DNA of 64,000 nucleotides, taken from positions 248,001 to 312,000 of the forward strand of contig CAXKVF010000078.1 in the NCBI GenBank assembly GCA_964057225.1, given 5' to 3'. The notes under the pieces are model-generated. The model did no database searches. It was not told where the DNA came from and worked only from the letters and a program-made list of their open reading frames with translations. The position numbers and the translations under genes are program-made. Positions 11,619 through 24,994 of the stretch are shown here, one piece after another (the stretch's first letter is position 1; every line of letters begins with the position of its first letter). The DNA comes from Auanema rhodensis. Lineage: Eukaryota; Animalia; Nematoda.

Positions 11619-13554
11619 CAAGTGCACATCACGTGTACATTTAATTAGCATAAATTAAAGTTCACGTAAATTTCAAAGTCATGGTTACCATGAACCAATA
11701 TCAATAAAAATTTGTTTTTAGACTAATATGGACATGGGGAATCTAATTTTGAAAACCGCATCTCTTTATCTTTCACGTGAAGAGAGTTACATACCAAGTG
11801 CACATCACGTGTACATTTAATTAGCATAAGTTAAAGTTCACGTAAATTTCAAAGTCATGGTTACCATGCACCAATATCAATAAAAATTTGTTTTTAGACT
11901 AATATGGACATGGGGAATCTAATTTTGAAAACCGCATCTCTTTATCTTTCACGTGAAGCGAGTTACATACCAAGTGCACATCACGTGTACATTTAATTAG
12001 CATAAATTAAAGTTCACGTAAATTTCAAAGTCATGGTTACCATGAAGCAATATCAATAAAAATTTGTTTTTAGACTAATATGGACATGGGGAATCTAATT
12101 TTGAAAACCGCATCTCTTTATCTTTCACGTGAAGCGAGTTACATACCAAGTGCACATCACATGTACATTTAATTAGCATAAATTAAAGTTCACGTAAATT
12201 TCAAAGTCATGGTTACCATGAACCAATATCAATAAAAATTTGTTTTTAGACTAATATGGACATGGGGAATCTAATTTTGAAAACCGCATCTCTTTATCTT
12301 TCACGTGAAGCGAGTTACATACCAAGTGCACATCACGTGTACATTTAATTAGCATAAATTAAAGTTCACGTAAATTTCAAAGTCATGGTTACCATGCACC
12401 AATATCAATAAAAATTTGTTTTTAGACTAATATGGACATGGGGGATCTAATTTTGAAAACCGCATCTCTTTATCTTTCACGTGAAGCAAGTTACATACCA
12501 AGTGCACATCACGTGTACATTTAATTAGCATAAATTAAAGTTCACGTAAATTTCAAAGTCATGGTTACCATGCACCAATATCAATAAAAATTTGTTTTTA
12601 GACTAATATGGACATGGGGAATCTAATTTTGAAAACCGCATCTCTTTATCTTTCACGTGAAGCGAGTTACATACCAAGTGCACATCACGTGTACATTTAA
12701 TTAGCATAAATTAAAGTTCACGTAAATTTCAAAGTCATGGTTACCATGAACCAATATCAATAAAAATTTGTTTTTAGACTAATATGGACATGGGGAATCT
12801 AATTTTGAAAACCGCATCTCTTTATCTTTCACGTGAAGCGAGTTACATACCAAGTGCACATCACGTGTACATTTAATTAGCATAAATTAAAGTTCACGTA
12901 AATTTCAAAGTCATGGTTACCATGAACCAATATCAATAAAAATTTGTTTTTAGACTAATATGGACATGGGGAATCTAATTTTGGAAACCGCATCTCTTTA
13001 TCTTTCACGTGAAGCGAGTTACATACCAAGTGCACATCACGTGTACATTTAATTAGCATAAATTAAAGTTCACGTAAATTTCAAAGTCATGGTTACCATG
13101 AAGCAATATCAATAAAAATTTGTTTTTAGACTAATATGGACATGGGGAATCTAATTTTGAAAACCGCATCTCTTTATCTTTCACGTGAAGCGAGTTACAT
13201 ACCAAGTGCACATCACATGTACATTTAATTAGCATAAATTAAAGTTCACGTAAATTTCAAAGTCATGGTTACCATGAACCAATATCAATAAAAATTTGTT
13301 TTTAGACTAATATGGACATGGGGAATCTAATTTTGAAAACCGCATCTCTTTATCTTTCACGTGAAGCGAGTTACATACCAAGTGCACATCACGTGTACAT
13401 TTAATTAGCATAAATTAAAGTTCACGTAAATTTCAAAGTCATGGTTACCATGAACCAATATCAATAAAAATTTGTTTTTAGACTAATATGGACATGGGGA
13501 ATCTAATTTTGGAAACCGCATCTCTTTATCTTTCACGTGAAGCGAGTTACATAC

Positions 13555-16500
13555 CAAGTGCACATCACGTGTACATTTAATTAGTATAAATTAAAGTTCA
13601 CTTAAAATTCAAAGTCATGGTTACCATGCACCAATATCAATAAAAATTTGTTTTTAGACTAATATGGACATGAAGAATCTAATTTTGAAAACCGCATCTC
13701 TTTATCTTTCACGTGAAGCGAGTTACATACCAAGTGCACATCACGTGTACATTTAATTAGCATAAATTAAAGTTCACGTAAATTTCAAAGTCATGGTTAC
13801 CATGAACCAATATCAATAAAAATTTGTTTTTAGACTAATATGGACATGGGGAATCTAATTTTGAAAACCGCATCTCTTTATCTTTCACGTGAAGCGAGTT
13901 ACATACCAAGTGCACATCACGTGTACATTTAATTAGCATAAATTAAAGTTCACGTAAATTTCAAAGTCATGGTTACCATGAACCAATATCAATAAAAATT
14001 TGTTTTTAGACTAATATGGACATGGGTAATCTAATTTTGAAAACCGCATCTCTTTATCTTTCACGTGAAGCGAGTTACATACCAAGTGCACATCACGTGT
14101 ACATTTAATTAGCATAAATTAAAGTTCACGTAAATTTCAAAGTCATGGTTACCATGCACCAATATCAATAAAAATTTGTTTTTAGACTAATATGGACATG
14201 GGGAATCTAATTTTGAAAACCGCATCTCTTTATCTTTCACGTGAAGCGAGTTACATACCAAGTGCATATCACGTGTACATTTAATTAGCATAAATTAAAG
14301 TTCACGTAAATTTCAAAGTCATGGTTACCATGCACCAATATCAATAAAAATTTGTTTTTAGACTAATATGGACATGGGGAATCTAATTTTGAAAACCGCA
14401 TCTCTTTATCTTTCACGTGAAGCGAGTTACATACCAAGTGCATATCACGTGTACATTTAATTAGCATAAATTAAAGTTCACGTAAATTTCAAAGTCATGG
14501 TTACCATGCACCAATATCAATAAAAATTTGTTTTTAGACTAATATGGACATGGGGAATCTAATTTTGAAAACCGCATCTCTTTATCTTTCACGTGAAGCG
14601 AGTTACATACCAAGTGCACATCACGTGTACATTTAATTAGCATAAATTAAAGTTCACGTAAATTTCAAAGTCATGGTTACCATGAACCAATATCAATAAA
14701 AATTTGTTTTTAGACTAATATGGACATGGGGAATCTAATTTTGAAAACCGCATCTCTTTATCTTTCACGTGAAGCGAGTTACATACCAAGTGCACATCAC
14801 GTGTACATTTAATTAGCATAAATTAAAGTTCACGTAAATTTCAAAGTTATGGTTACCATGCACCAATATCAATAAAAATTTGTTTTTAGACTAATATGGA
14901 CATGGGGAATCTAATTTTGAAAACCGCATCTCTTTATCTTTCACGTGAAGCGAGTTACATACCAAGTGCACATCACGTGTACATTTAATTAGCATAAATT
15001 AAAGTTCACGTAAATTTCAAAGTCATGGTTACCATGCACCAATATCAATAAAAATTTGTTTTTAGACTAATATGGACATGGGGAATCTAATTTTGAAAAC
15101 CGCATCTCTTTATCTTTCACGTGAAGCGAGTTACATACCAAGTGCACATCACGTGTACATTTAATTAGCATAAATTAAAGTTCACGTAAATTTCAAAGTC
15201 ATGGTTACCATGCACCAATATCAATAAAAATTTGTTTTTAGACTAATATGGACATGGGGAATCTAATTTTGAAAACCGCATCTCTTTATCTTTCACGTGA
15301 AGCGAGTTACATACCAAGTGCACATCACGTGTACATTTAATTAGCATAAATTAAAGTTCACGTAAATTTCAAAGTCATGGTTACCATGCACCAATATCAA
15401 TAAAAATTTGTTTTTAGACTAATATGGACATGGGGAATCTAATTTTGAAAACCGCATCTCTTTATCTTTCACGTGAAGCGAGTTACAAACCAAGTGCACA
15501 TCACGTGTACATTTAATTAGCATAAATTAAAGTTCACGTAAATTTCAAAGTCATGGTTACCATGAACCAATATCAATAAAAATTTGTTTTTAGACTAATA
15601 TGGACATGGGGAATCTAATTTTGAAAACCGCATCTCTTTATCTTTAACGTGAAGCGAGTTACATACCAAGTGCACATCACGTGTACATTTAATTAGCATA
15701 AATTAAAGTTCACTTAAAATTCAAAGTCATGGTTACCATGCACCAATATCAATAAAAATTTGTTTTTAGACTAATATGGACATGAAGAATCTAATTTTGA
15801 AAACCGCATCTCTTTATCTTTCACGTGAAGCGAGTTACATACCAAGTGCACATCACGTGTACATTTAATTAGCATACATTAAAGTTCACGTAAATTTCAA
15901 AGTCATGGTTACCATGAACCAATATCAATAAAAATTTGTTTTTAGACTAATATGGACATGGGGAATCTAATTTTGAAAACCGCATCTCTTTATCTTTCAC
16001 GTGAAGCGAGTTACATACCAAGTGCACATCACGTGTACATTTAATTAGCATAAATTAAAGTTCACGTAAATTTCAAAGTCATGGTTACCATGAACCAATA
16101 TCAATAAAAATTTGTTTTTAGACTAATATGGACATGGGTAATCTAATTTTGAAAACCGCATCTCTTTATCTTTCACGTGAAGCGAGTTACATACCAAGTG
16201 CACATCACGTGTACATTTAATTAGCATAAATTAAAGTTCACGTAAATTTCAAAGTCATGGTTACCATGCACCAATATCAATAAAAATTTGTTTTTAGACT
16301 AATATGGACATGGGGAATCTAATTTTGAAAACCGCATCTCTTTATCTTTCACGTGAAGCGAGTTACATACCAAGTGCATATCACGTGTACATTTAATTAG
16401 CATAAATTAAAGTTCACGTAAATTTCAAAGTCATGGTTACCATGCACCAATATCAATAAAAATTTGTTTTTAGACTAATATGGACATGGGGAATCTAATT

Positions 16501-17426
16501 TTGAAAACCGCATCTCTTTATCTTTCACGTGAAGCGAGTTACATACCAAGTGCACATCACGTGTACATTTAATTAGCATAAATTAAAGTTCACGTAAATT
16601 TCAAAGTCATGGTTACCATGAACCAATATCAATAAAAATTTGTTTTTAGACTAATATGGACATGGGGAATCTAATTTTGAAAACCGCATCTCTTTATCTT
16701 TCACGTGAAGCGAGTTACATACCAAGTGCACATCACGTGTACATTTAATTAGCATAAATTAAAGTTCACGTAAATTTCAAAGTTATGGTTACCATGCACC
16801 AATATCAATAAAAATTTGTTTTTAGACTAATATGGACATGGGGAATCTAATTTTGAAAACCGCATCTCTTTATCTTTCACGTGAAGCGAGTTACATACCA
16901 AGTGCACATCACGTGTACATTTAATTAGCATAAATTAAAGTTCACGTAAATTTCAAAGTCATGGTTACCATGCACCAATATCAATAAAAATTTGTTTTTA
17001 GACTAATATGGACATGGGGAATCTAATTTTGAAAACCGCATCTCTTTATCTTTCACGTGAAGCGAGTTACATACCAAGTGCACATCACGTGTACATTTAA
17101 TTAGCATAAATTAAAGTTCACGTAAATTTCAAAGTCATGGTTACCATGCACCAATATCAATAAAAATTTGTTTTTAGACTAATATGGACATGGGGAATCT
17201 AATTTTGAAAACCGCATCTCTTTATCTTTCACGTGAAGCGAGTTACAAACCAAGTGCACATCACGTGTACATTTAATTAGCATAAATTAAAGTTCACGTA
17301 AATTTCAAAGTCATGGTTACCATGAACCAATATCAATAAAAATTTGTTTTTAGACTAATATGGACATGGGGAATCTAATTTTGAAAACCGCATCTCTTTA
17401 TCTTTCACGTGAAGCGAGTTACATAC
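13555..17426 (+). repeat. 10-monomer duplication; first copy has 12 monomers
   Basis: Shared ordered markers CACTTAAAATT+TGAAGA, GGGTA, TGCATA, GTTAT and ACAAAC in 13555-15666 (12 units) and 15667-17426 (10 units). Confidence 0.85.
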
Positions 17427-20400
17427 CAAGTGCACATCACGTGTACATTTAATTAGCATAAATTAAAGTTCACGTAAATTTCAAAGTCATGGTTACCATG
17501 CACCAATATCAATATAAATTTGTTTTTAGACTAATATGGACATGGGGGATCTAATTTTGAAAACCGCATCTCTTTATCTTTCACGTGAAGCAAGTTACAT
17601 ACCAAGTGCACATCACGTGTACATTTAATTAGCATAAATTAAAGTTCACGTAAATTTCAAAGTCATGGTTACCATGAACCAATATCAATAAAAATTTGTT
17701 TTTAGACTAATATGGACATGGGGAATCTAATTTTGAAAACCGCATCTCTTTATCTTTCACGTGAAGCGAGTTACATACCAAGTGCACATCACGTGTACAT
17801 TCAATTAGCATAAATTAAAGTTCACGTAAATTTCAAAGTCATGGTTACCATGCACCAATATCAATAAAAATTTGTTTTTAGACTAATATGGACATGGGGA
17901 ATCTAATTTTGAAAACCGCATCTCTTTATCTTTCACGTGAAGCGAGTTACATACCAAGTGCACATCACGTGTACATTTAATTAGCATAAATTAAAGTTCA
18001 CGTAAATTTCAAAGTCATGGTTACCATGAAGCAATATCAATAAAAATTTGTTTTTAGACTAATATGGACATGAAGAATCTAATTTTGAAAACCGCATCTC
18101 TTTATCTTTCACGTGAAGCGAGTTACATACCAAGTGCACATCACGTGTACATTTAATTAGCATAAATTAAAGTTCACGTAAATTTCAAAGTCATGGTTAC
18201 CATGAACCAATATCAATAAAAATTTGTTTTTAGACTAATATGGACATGGGGAATCTAATTTTGAAAACCGCATCTCTTTATCTTTCACGTGAAGCGAGTT
18301 ACATACCAAGTGCACATCACGTGTACATTTAATTAGCATAAATTAAAGTTCACGTAAATTTCAAAGTTATGGTTACCATGAACCAATATCAATAAAAATT
18401 TGTTTTTAGACTAATATGGACATGGGGAATCTAATTTTGAAAACCGCATCTCTTTATCTTTCACGTGAAGCGAGTTACATACCAAGTGCACATCACGTGT
18501 ACATTTAATTAGCATAAATTAAAGTTCACGTAAATTTCAAAGTTATGGTTACCATGCACCAATATCAATAAAAATTTGTTTTTAGACTAATATGGACATG
18601 GGGAATCTAATTTTGAAAACCGCATCTCTTTATCTTTCACGTGAAGCGAGTTACATACCAAGTGCACATCACGTGTACATTTAATTAGCATAAATTAAAG
18701 TTCACGTAAATTTCAAAGTCATGGTTACCATGAACCAATATCAATAAAAATTTGTTTTTAGACTAATATGGACATGGGGAATCTAATTTTGAAAACCGCA
18801 TCTCTTTATCTTTCACGTGAAGCGAGTTACATACCAAGTGCACATCACGTGTACATTTAATTAGCATAAATTAAAGTTCACGTAAATTTCAAAGTCATGG
18901 TTACCATGAACCAATATCAATAAAAATTTGTTTTTAGACTAATATGGACATGGGGAATCTAATTTTGAAAACCGCATCTGTTTATCTTTCACGTGAAGCG
19001 AGTTACATACCAAGTGCACATCACGTGTACATTCAATTAGCATAAATTAAAGTTCACGTAAATTTCAAAGTCATGGTTACCATGCACCAATATCAATAAA
19101 AATTTGTTTTTAGACTAATATGGACATGGGGAATCTAATTTTGAAAACCGCATCTCTTTATCTTTCACGTGAAGCGAGTTACATACCAAGTGCACATCAC
19201 GTGTACATTTAATTAGCATAAATTAAAGTTCACGTAAATTTCAAAGTCATGGTTACCATGAAGCAATATCAATAAAAATTTGTTTTTAGACTAATATGGA
19301 CATGAAGAATCTAATTTTGAAAACCGCATCTCTTTATCTTTCACGTGAAGCGAGTTACATACCAAGTGCACATCACGTGTACATTTAATTAGCATAAATT
19401 AAAGTTCACGTAAATTTCAAAGTCATGGTTACCATGAACCAATATCAATAAAAATTTGTTTTTAGACTAATATGGACATGGGGAATCTAATTTTGAAAAC
19501 CGCATCTCTTTATCTTTCACGTGAAGCGAGTTACATACCAAGTGCACATCACGTGTACATTTAATTAGCATAAATTAAAGTTCACGTAAATTTCAAAGTC
19601 ATGGTTACCATGAACCAATATCAATAAAAATTTGTTTTTAGACTAATATGGACATGGGTAATCTAATTTTGAAAACCGCATCTCTTTATCTTTCACGTGA
19701 AGCGAGTTACATACCAAGTGCACATCACGTGTACATTTAATTAGCATAAATTAAAGTTCACGTAAATTTCAAAGTCATGGTTACCATGCACCAATATCAA
19801 TAAAAATTTGTTTTTAGACTAATATGGACATGGGGAATCTAATTTTGAAAACCGCATCTCTTTATCTTTCACGTGAAGCGAGTTACATACCAAGTGCACA
19901 TCACGTGTACATTTAATTAGCATAAATTAAAGTTCACGTAAATTTCAAAGTCATGGTTACCATGAACCAATATCAATAAAAATTTGTTTTTAGACTAATA
20001 TGGACATGGGGAATCTAATTTTGAAAACCGCATCTCTTTATCTTTCACGTGAAGCGAGTTACATACCAAGTGCACATCACGTGTACATTTAATTAGCATA
20101 AATTAAAGTTCACGTAAATTTCAAAGTCATGGTTACCATGAACCAATATCAATAAAAATTTGTTTTTAGACTAATATGGACATGGGGAATCTAATTTTGA
20201 AAACCGCATCTCTTTATCTTTCACGTGAAGCGAGTTACATACCAAGTGCACATCACGTGTACATTTAATTAGCATAAATTAAAGTTCACGTAAATTTCAA
20301 AGTCATGGTTACCATGCACCAATATCAATAAAAATTTGTTTTTAGACTAATATGGACATGGGGAATCTAATTTTGAAAACCGCATCTCTTTATCTTTCAC

Positions 20401-22530
20401 GTGAAGCGAGTTACATACCAAGTGCACATCACGTGTACATTTAATTAGCATAAATTAAAGTTCACGTAAAATTCAAAGTCATGGTTACCATGCACCAATA
20501 TCAATAAAAATTTGTTTTTAGACTAATATGGACATGGGGAATCTAATTTTGAAAACCGCATCTCTTTATCTTTCACGTGAAGCGAGTTACATACCAAGTG
20601 CACATCACGTGTACATTTAATTAGCATAAATTAAAGTTCACGTAAATTTCAAAGTCATGGTTACCATGCACCAATATCAATAAAAATTTGTTTTTAGACT
20701 AATATGGACATGGGGAATCTAATTTTGAAAACCGCATCTCTTTATCTTTCACGTGAAGCGAGTTACATACCAAGTGCACATCACGTGTACATTTAATTAG
20801 CATAAATTAAAGTTCACGTAAATTTCAAAGTCATGGTTACCATGCACCAATATCAATAAAAATTTGTTTTTAGACTAATATGGACATGGGGAATCTAATT
20901 TTGAAAACCGCATCTCTTTATCTTTCACGTGAAGCGAGTTACATACCAAGTGCACATCACGTGTACATTTAATTAGCATAAATTAAAGTTCACGTAAAAT
21001 TCAAAGTCATGGTTACCATGCACCAATATCAATAAAAATTTGTTTTTAGACTAATATGGACATGGGGAATCTAATTTTGAAAACCGCATCTCTTTATCTT
21101 TCACGTGAAGCGAGTTACATACCAAGTGCACATCACGTGTACATTTAATTAGCATAAATTAAAGTTCACGTAAATTTCAAAGTCATGGTTACCATGCACC
21201 AATATCAATAAAAAGTTGTTTTTAGACTAATATGGACATGGGGAATCTAATTTTGAAAACCGCATCTCTTTATCTTTCACGTGAAGCGAGTTACATACCA
21301 AGTGCACATCACGTGTACATTTAATTAGCATAAATTAAAGTTCACGTAAATTTCAAAGTCATGGTTACCATGAACCAATATCAATAAAAATTTGTTTTTA
21401 GACTAATATGGACATGGGGAATCTAATTTTGAAAACCGCATCTCTTTATCTTTCACGTGAAGCGAGTTACATACCAAGTGCACATCACGTGTACATTTAA
21501 TTAGCATAAATTAAAGTTCACGTAAATTTCAAAGTCATGGTTACCATGAACCAATATCAATAAAAATTTGTTTTTAGACTAATATGGACATGGGGAATCT
21601 AATTTTGAAAACCGCATCTCTTTATCTTTCACGTGAAGCGAGTTACATACCAAGTGCACATCACGTGTACATTTAATTAGCATAAATTAAAGTTCACGTA
21701 AATTTCAAAGTCATGGTTACCATGAACCAATATCAATAAAAATTTGTTTTTAGACTAATATGGACATGGGGAATCTAATTTTGAAAACCGCATCTCTTTA
21801 TCTTTCACGTGAAGCGAGTTACATACCAAGTGCACATCACGTGTACATTTAATTAGCATAAATTAAAGTTCACGTAAATTTCAAAGTCATGGTTACCATG
21901 AACCAATATCAATAAAAATTTGTTTTTAGACTAATATGGACATGGGGAATCTAATTTTGAAAACCGCATCTCTTTATCTTTCACGTGAAGCGAGTTACAT
22001 ACCAAGTGCACATCACGTGTACATTTAATTAGCATAAATTAAAGTTCACGTAAATTTCAAAGTCATGGTTACCATGAACCAATATCAATAAAAATTTGTT
22101 TTTAGACTAATATGGACATGGGGAATCTAATTTTGAAAACCGCATCTCTTTATCTTTCACGTGAAGCGAGTTACATACCAAGTGCACATCACGTGTACAT
22201 TTAATTAGCATAAATTAAAGTTCACGTAAATTTCAAAGTCATGGTTACCATGAAGCAATATCAATAAAAATTTGTTTTTAGACTAATATGGACATGGGGA
22301 ATCTAATTTTGAAAACCGCATCTCTTTATCTTACACGTGAAGCGAGTTACATACCAAGTGCACATCACGTGTACATTCAATTAGCATAAATTAAAGTTCA
22401 CGTAATTTTCAAAGTCATGGTTACCATGCACCAATATCAATAAAAATTTGTTTTTAGACTAATATGGACATGGGGAATCTAATTTTGAAAACCGCATCTC
22501 TTTATCTTTCACGTGAAGCGAGTTACATAC

Positions 22531-24994
22531 CAAGTGCACATCACGTGTACATTTAATTAGCATAAATTAAAGTTCACGTAAATTTCAAAGTCATGGTTAC
22601 CATGAACCAATATCAATAAAAATTTGTTTTTAGACTAATATGGACATGGGGAATCTAATTTTGAAAACCGCATCTCTTTATCTTTCACGTGAAGCGAGTT
22701 ACATACCAAGTGCACATCACGTGTACATTTAATTAGCATAAATTAAAGTTCACGTAAATTTCAAAGTCATGGTTACCATGAACCAATATCAATGAAAATT
22801 TGTTTTTAGACTAATATGGACATGGGGAATCTAATTTTGAAAACCGCATCTCCTTATCTTTCACGTGAAGCGAGTTACATACCGAGTGCACATCACGTGT
22901 ACATTTAATTAGCATAAATTAAAGTTCACGTAAAATTCAAAGTCATGGTTACCATGCACCAATATCAATAAAAATTTGTTTTTAGACTAATATGGACATG
23001 GGGAATCTAATTTTGAAAACCGCATCTCTTTATCTTTCACGTGAAGCGAGTTACATACCAAGTGCACATCACGTGTACATTTAATTAGCATAAATTAAAG
23101 TTCACGTAAATTTCAAAGTCATGGTTACCATGCACCAATATCAATAAAAAGTTGTTTTTAGACTAATATGGACATGGGGAATCTAATTTTGAAAACCGCA
23201 TCTCTTTATCTTTCACGTGAAGCGAGTTACATACCAAGTGCACATCACGTGTACATTTAATTAGCATAAATTAAAGTTCACGTAAATTTCAAAGTCATGG
23301 TTACCATGAACCAATATCAATAAAAATTTGTTTTTAGACTAATATGGACATGGGGAATCTAATTTTGAAAACCGCATCTCTTTATCTTTCACGTGAAGCG
23401 AGTTACATACCAAGTGCACATCACGTGTACATTTAATTAGCATAAATTAAAGTTCACGTAAATTTCAAAGTCATGGTTACCATGAACCAATATCAATAAA
23501 AATTTGTTTTTAGACTAATATGGACATGGGGAATCTAATTTTGAAAACCGCATCTCTTTATCTTTCACGTGAAGCGAGTTACATACCAAGTGCACATCAC
23601 GTGTACATTTAATTAGCATAAATTAAAGTTCACGTAAATTTCAAAGTCATGGTTACCATGAACCAATATCAATAAAAATTTGTTTTTAGACTAATATGGA
23701 CATGGGTAATCTAATTTTGAAAACCGCATCTCTTTATCTTTCACGTGAAGCGAGTTACATACCAAGTGCACATCACGTGTACATTTAATTAGCATAAATT
23801 AAAGTTCACGTAAATTTCAAAGTCATGGTTACCATGCACCAATATCAATAAAAATTTGTTTTTAGACTAATATGGACATGGGGAATCTAATTTTGAAAAC
23901 CGCATCTCTTTATCTTTCACGTGAAGCGAGTTACATACCAAGTGCACATCACGTGTACATTTAATTAGCATAAATTAAAGTTCACGTAAATTTCAAAGTC
24001 ATGGTTACCATGAACCAATATCAATAAAAATTTGTTTTTAGACTAATATGGACATGGGGAATCTAATTTTGAAAACCGCATCTCTTTATCTTTCACGTGA
24101 AGCGAGTTACATACCAAGTGCACATCACGTGTACATTTAATTAGCATAAATTAAAGTTCACGTAAATTTCAAAGTCATGGTTACCATGAACCAATATCAA
24201 TGAAAATTTGTTTTTAGACTAATATGGACATGGGGAATCTAATTTTGAAAACCGCATCTCCTTATCTTTCACGTGAAGCGAGTTACATACCGAGTGCACA
24301 TCACGTGTACATTTAATTAGCATAAATTAAAGTTCACGTAAAATTCAAAGTCATGGTTACCATGCACCAATATCAATAAAAATTTGTTTTTAGACTAATA
24401 TGGACATGGGGAATCTAATTTTGAAAACCGCATCTCTTTATCTTTCACGTGAAGCGAGTTACATACCAAGTGCACATCACGTGTACATTTAATTAGCATA
24501 AATTAAAGTTCACGTAAATTTCAAAGTCATGGTTACCATGCACCAATATCAATAAAAAGTTGTTTTTAGACTAATATGGACATGGGGAATCTAATTTTGA
24601 AAACCGCATCTCTTTATCTTTCACGTGAAGCGAGTTACATACCAAGTGCACATCACGTGTACATTTAATTAGCATAAATTAAAGTTCACGTAAATTTCAA
24701 AGTCATGGTTACCATGAACCAATATCAATAAAAATTTGTTTTTAGACTAATATGGACATGGGGAATCTAATTTTGAAAACCGCATCTCTTTATCTTTCAC
24801 GTGAAGCGAGTTACATACCAAGTGCACATCACGTGTACATTTAATTAGCATAAATTAAAGTTCACGTAAATTTCAAAGTCATGGTTACCATGAACCAATA
24901 TCAATAAAAATTTGTTTTTAGACTAATATGGACATGGGGAATCTAATTTTGAAAACCGCATCTCTTTATCTTTCACGTGAAGCGAGTTACATAC
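22531..24994 (+). repeat. Duplication with 8-monomer (1408 bp) offset
   Basis: AATGAAA+TCCTT, CGAGTG+AAAATT and AAAAGTT monomers occur at 22707/22883/23059 and again at 24115/24291/24467. Confidence 0.85.
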
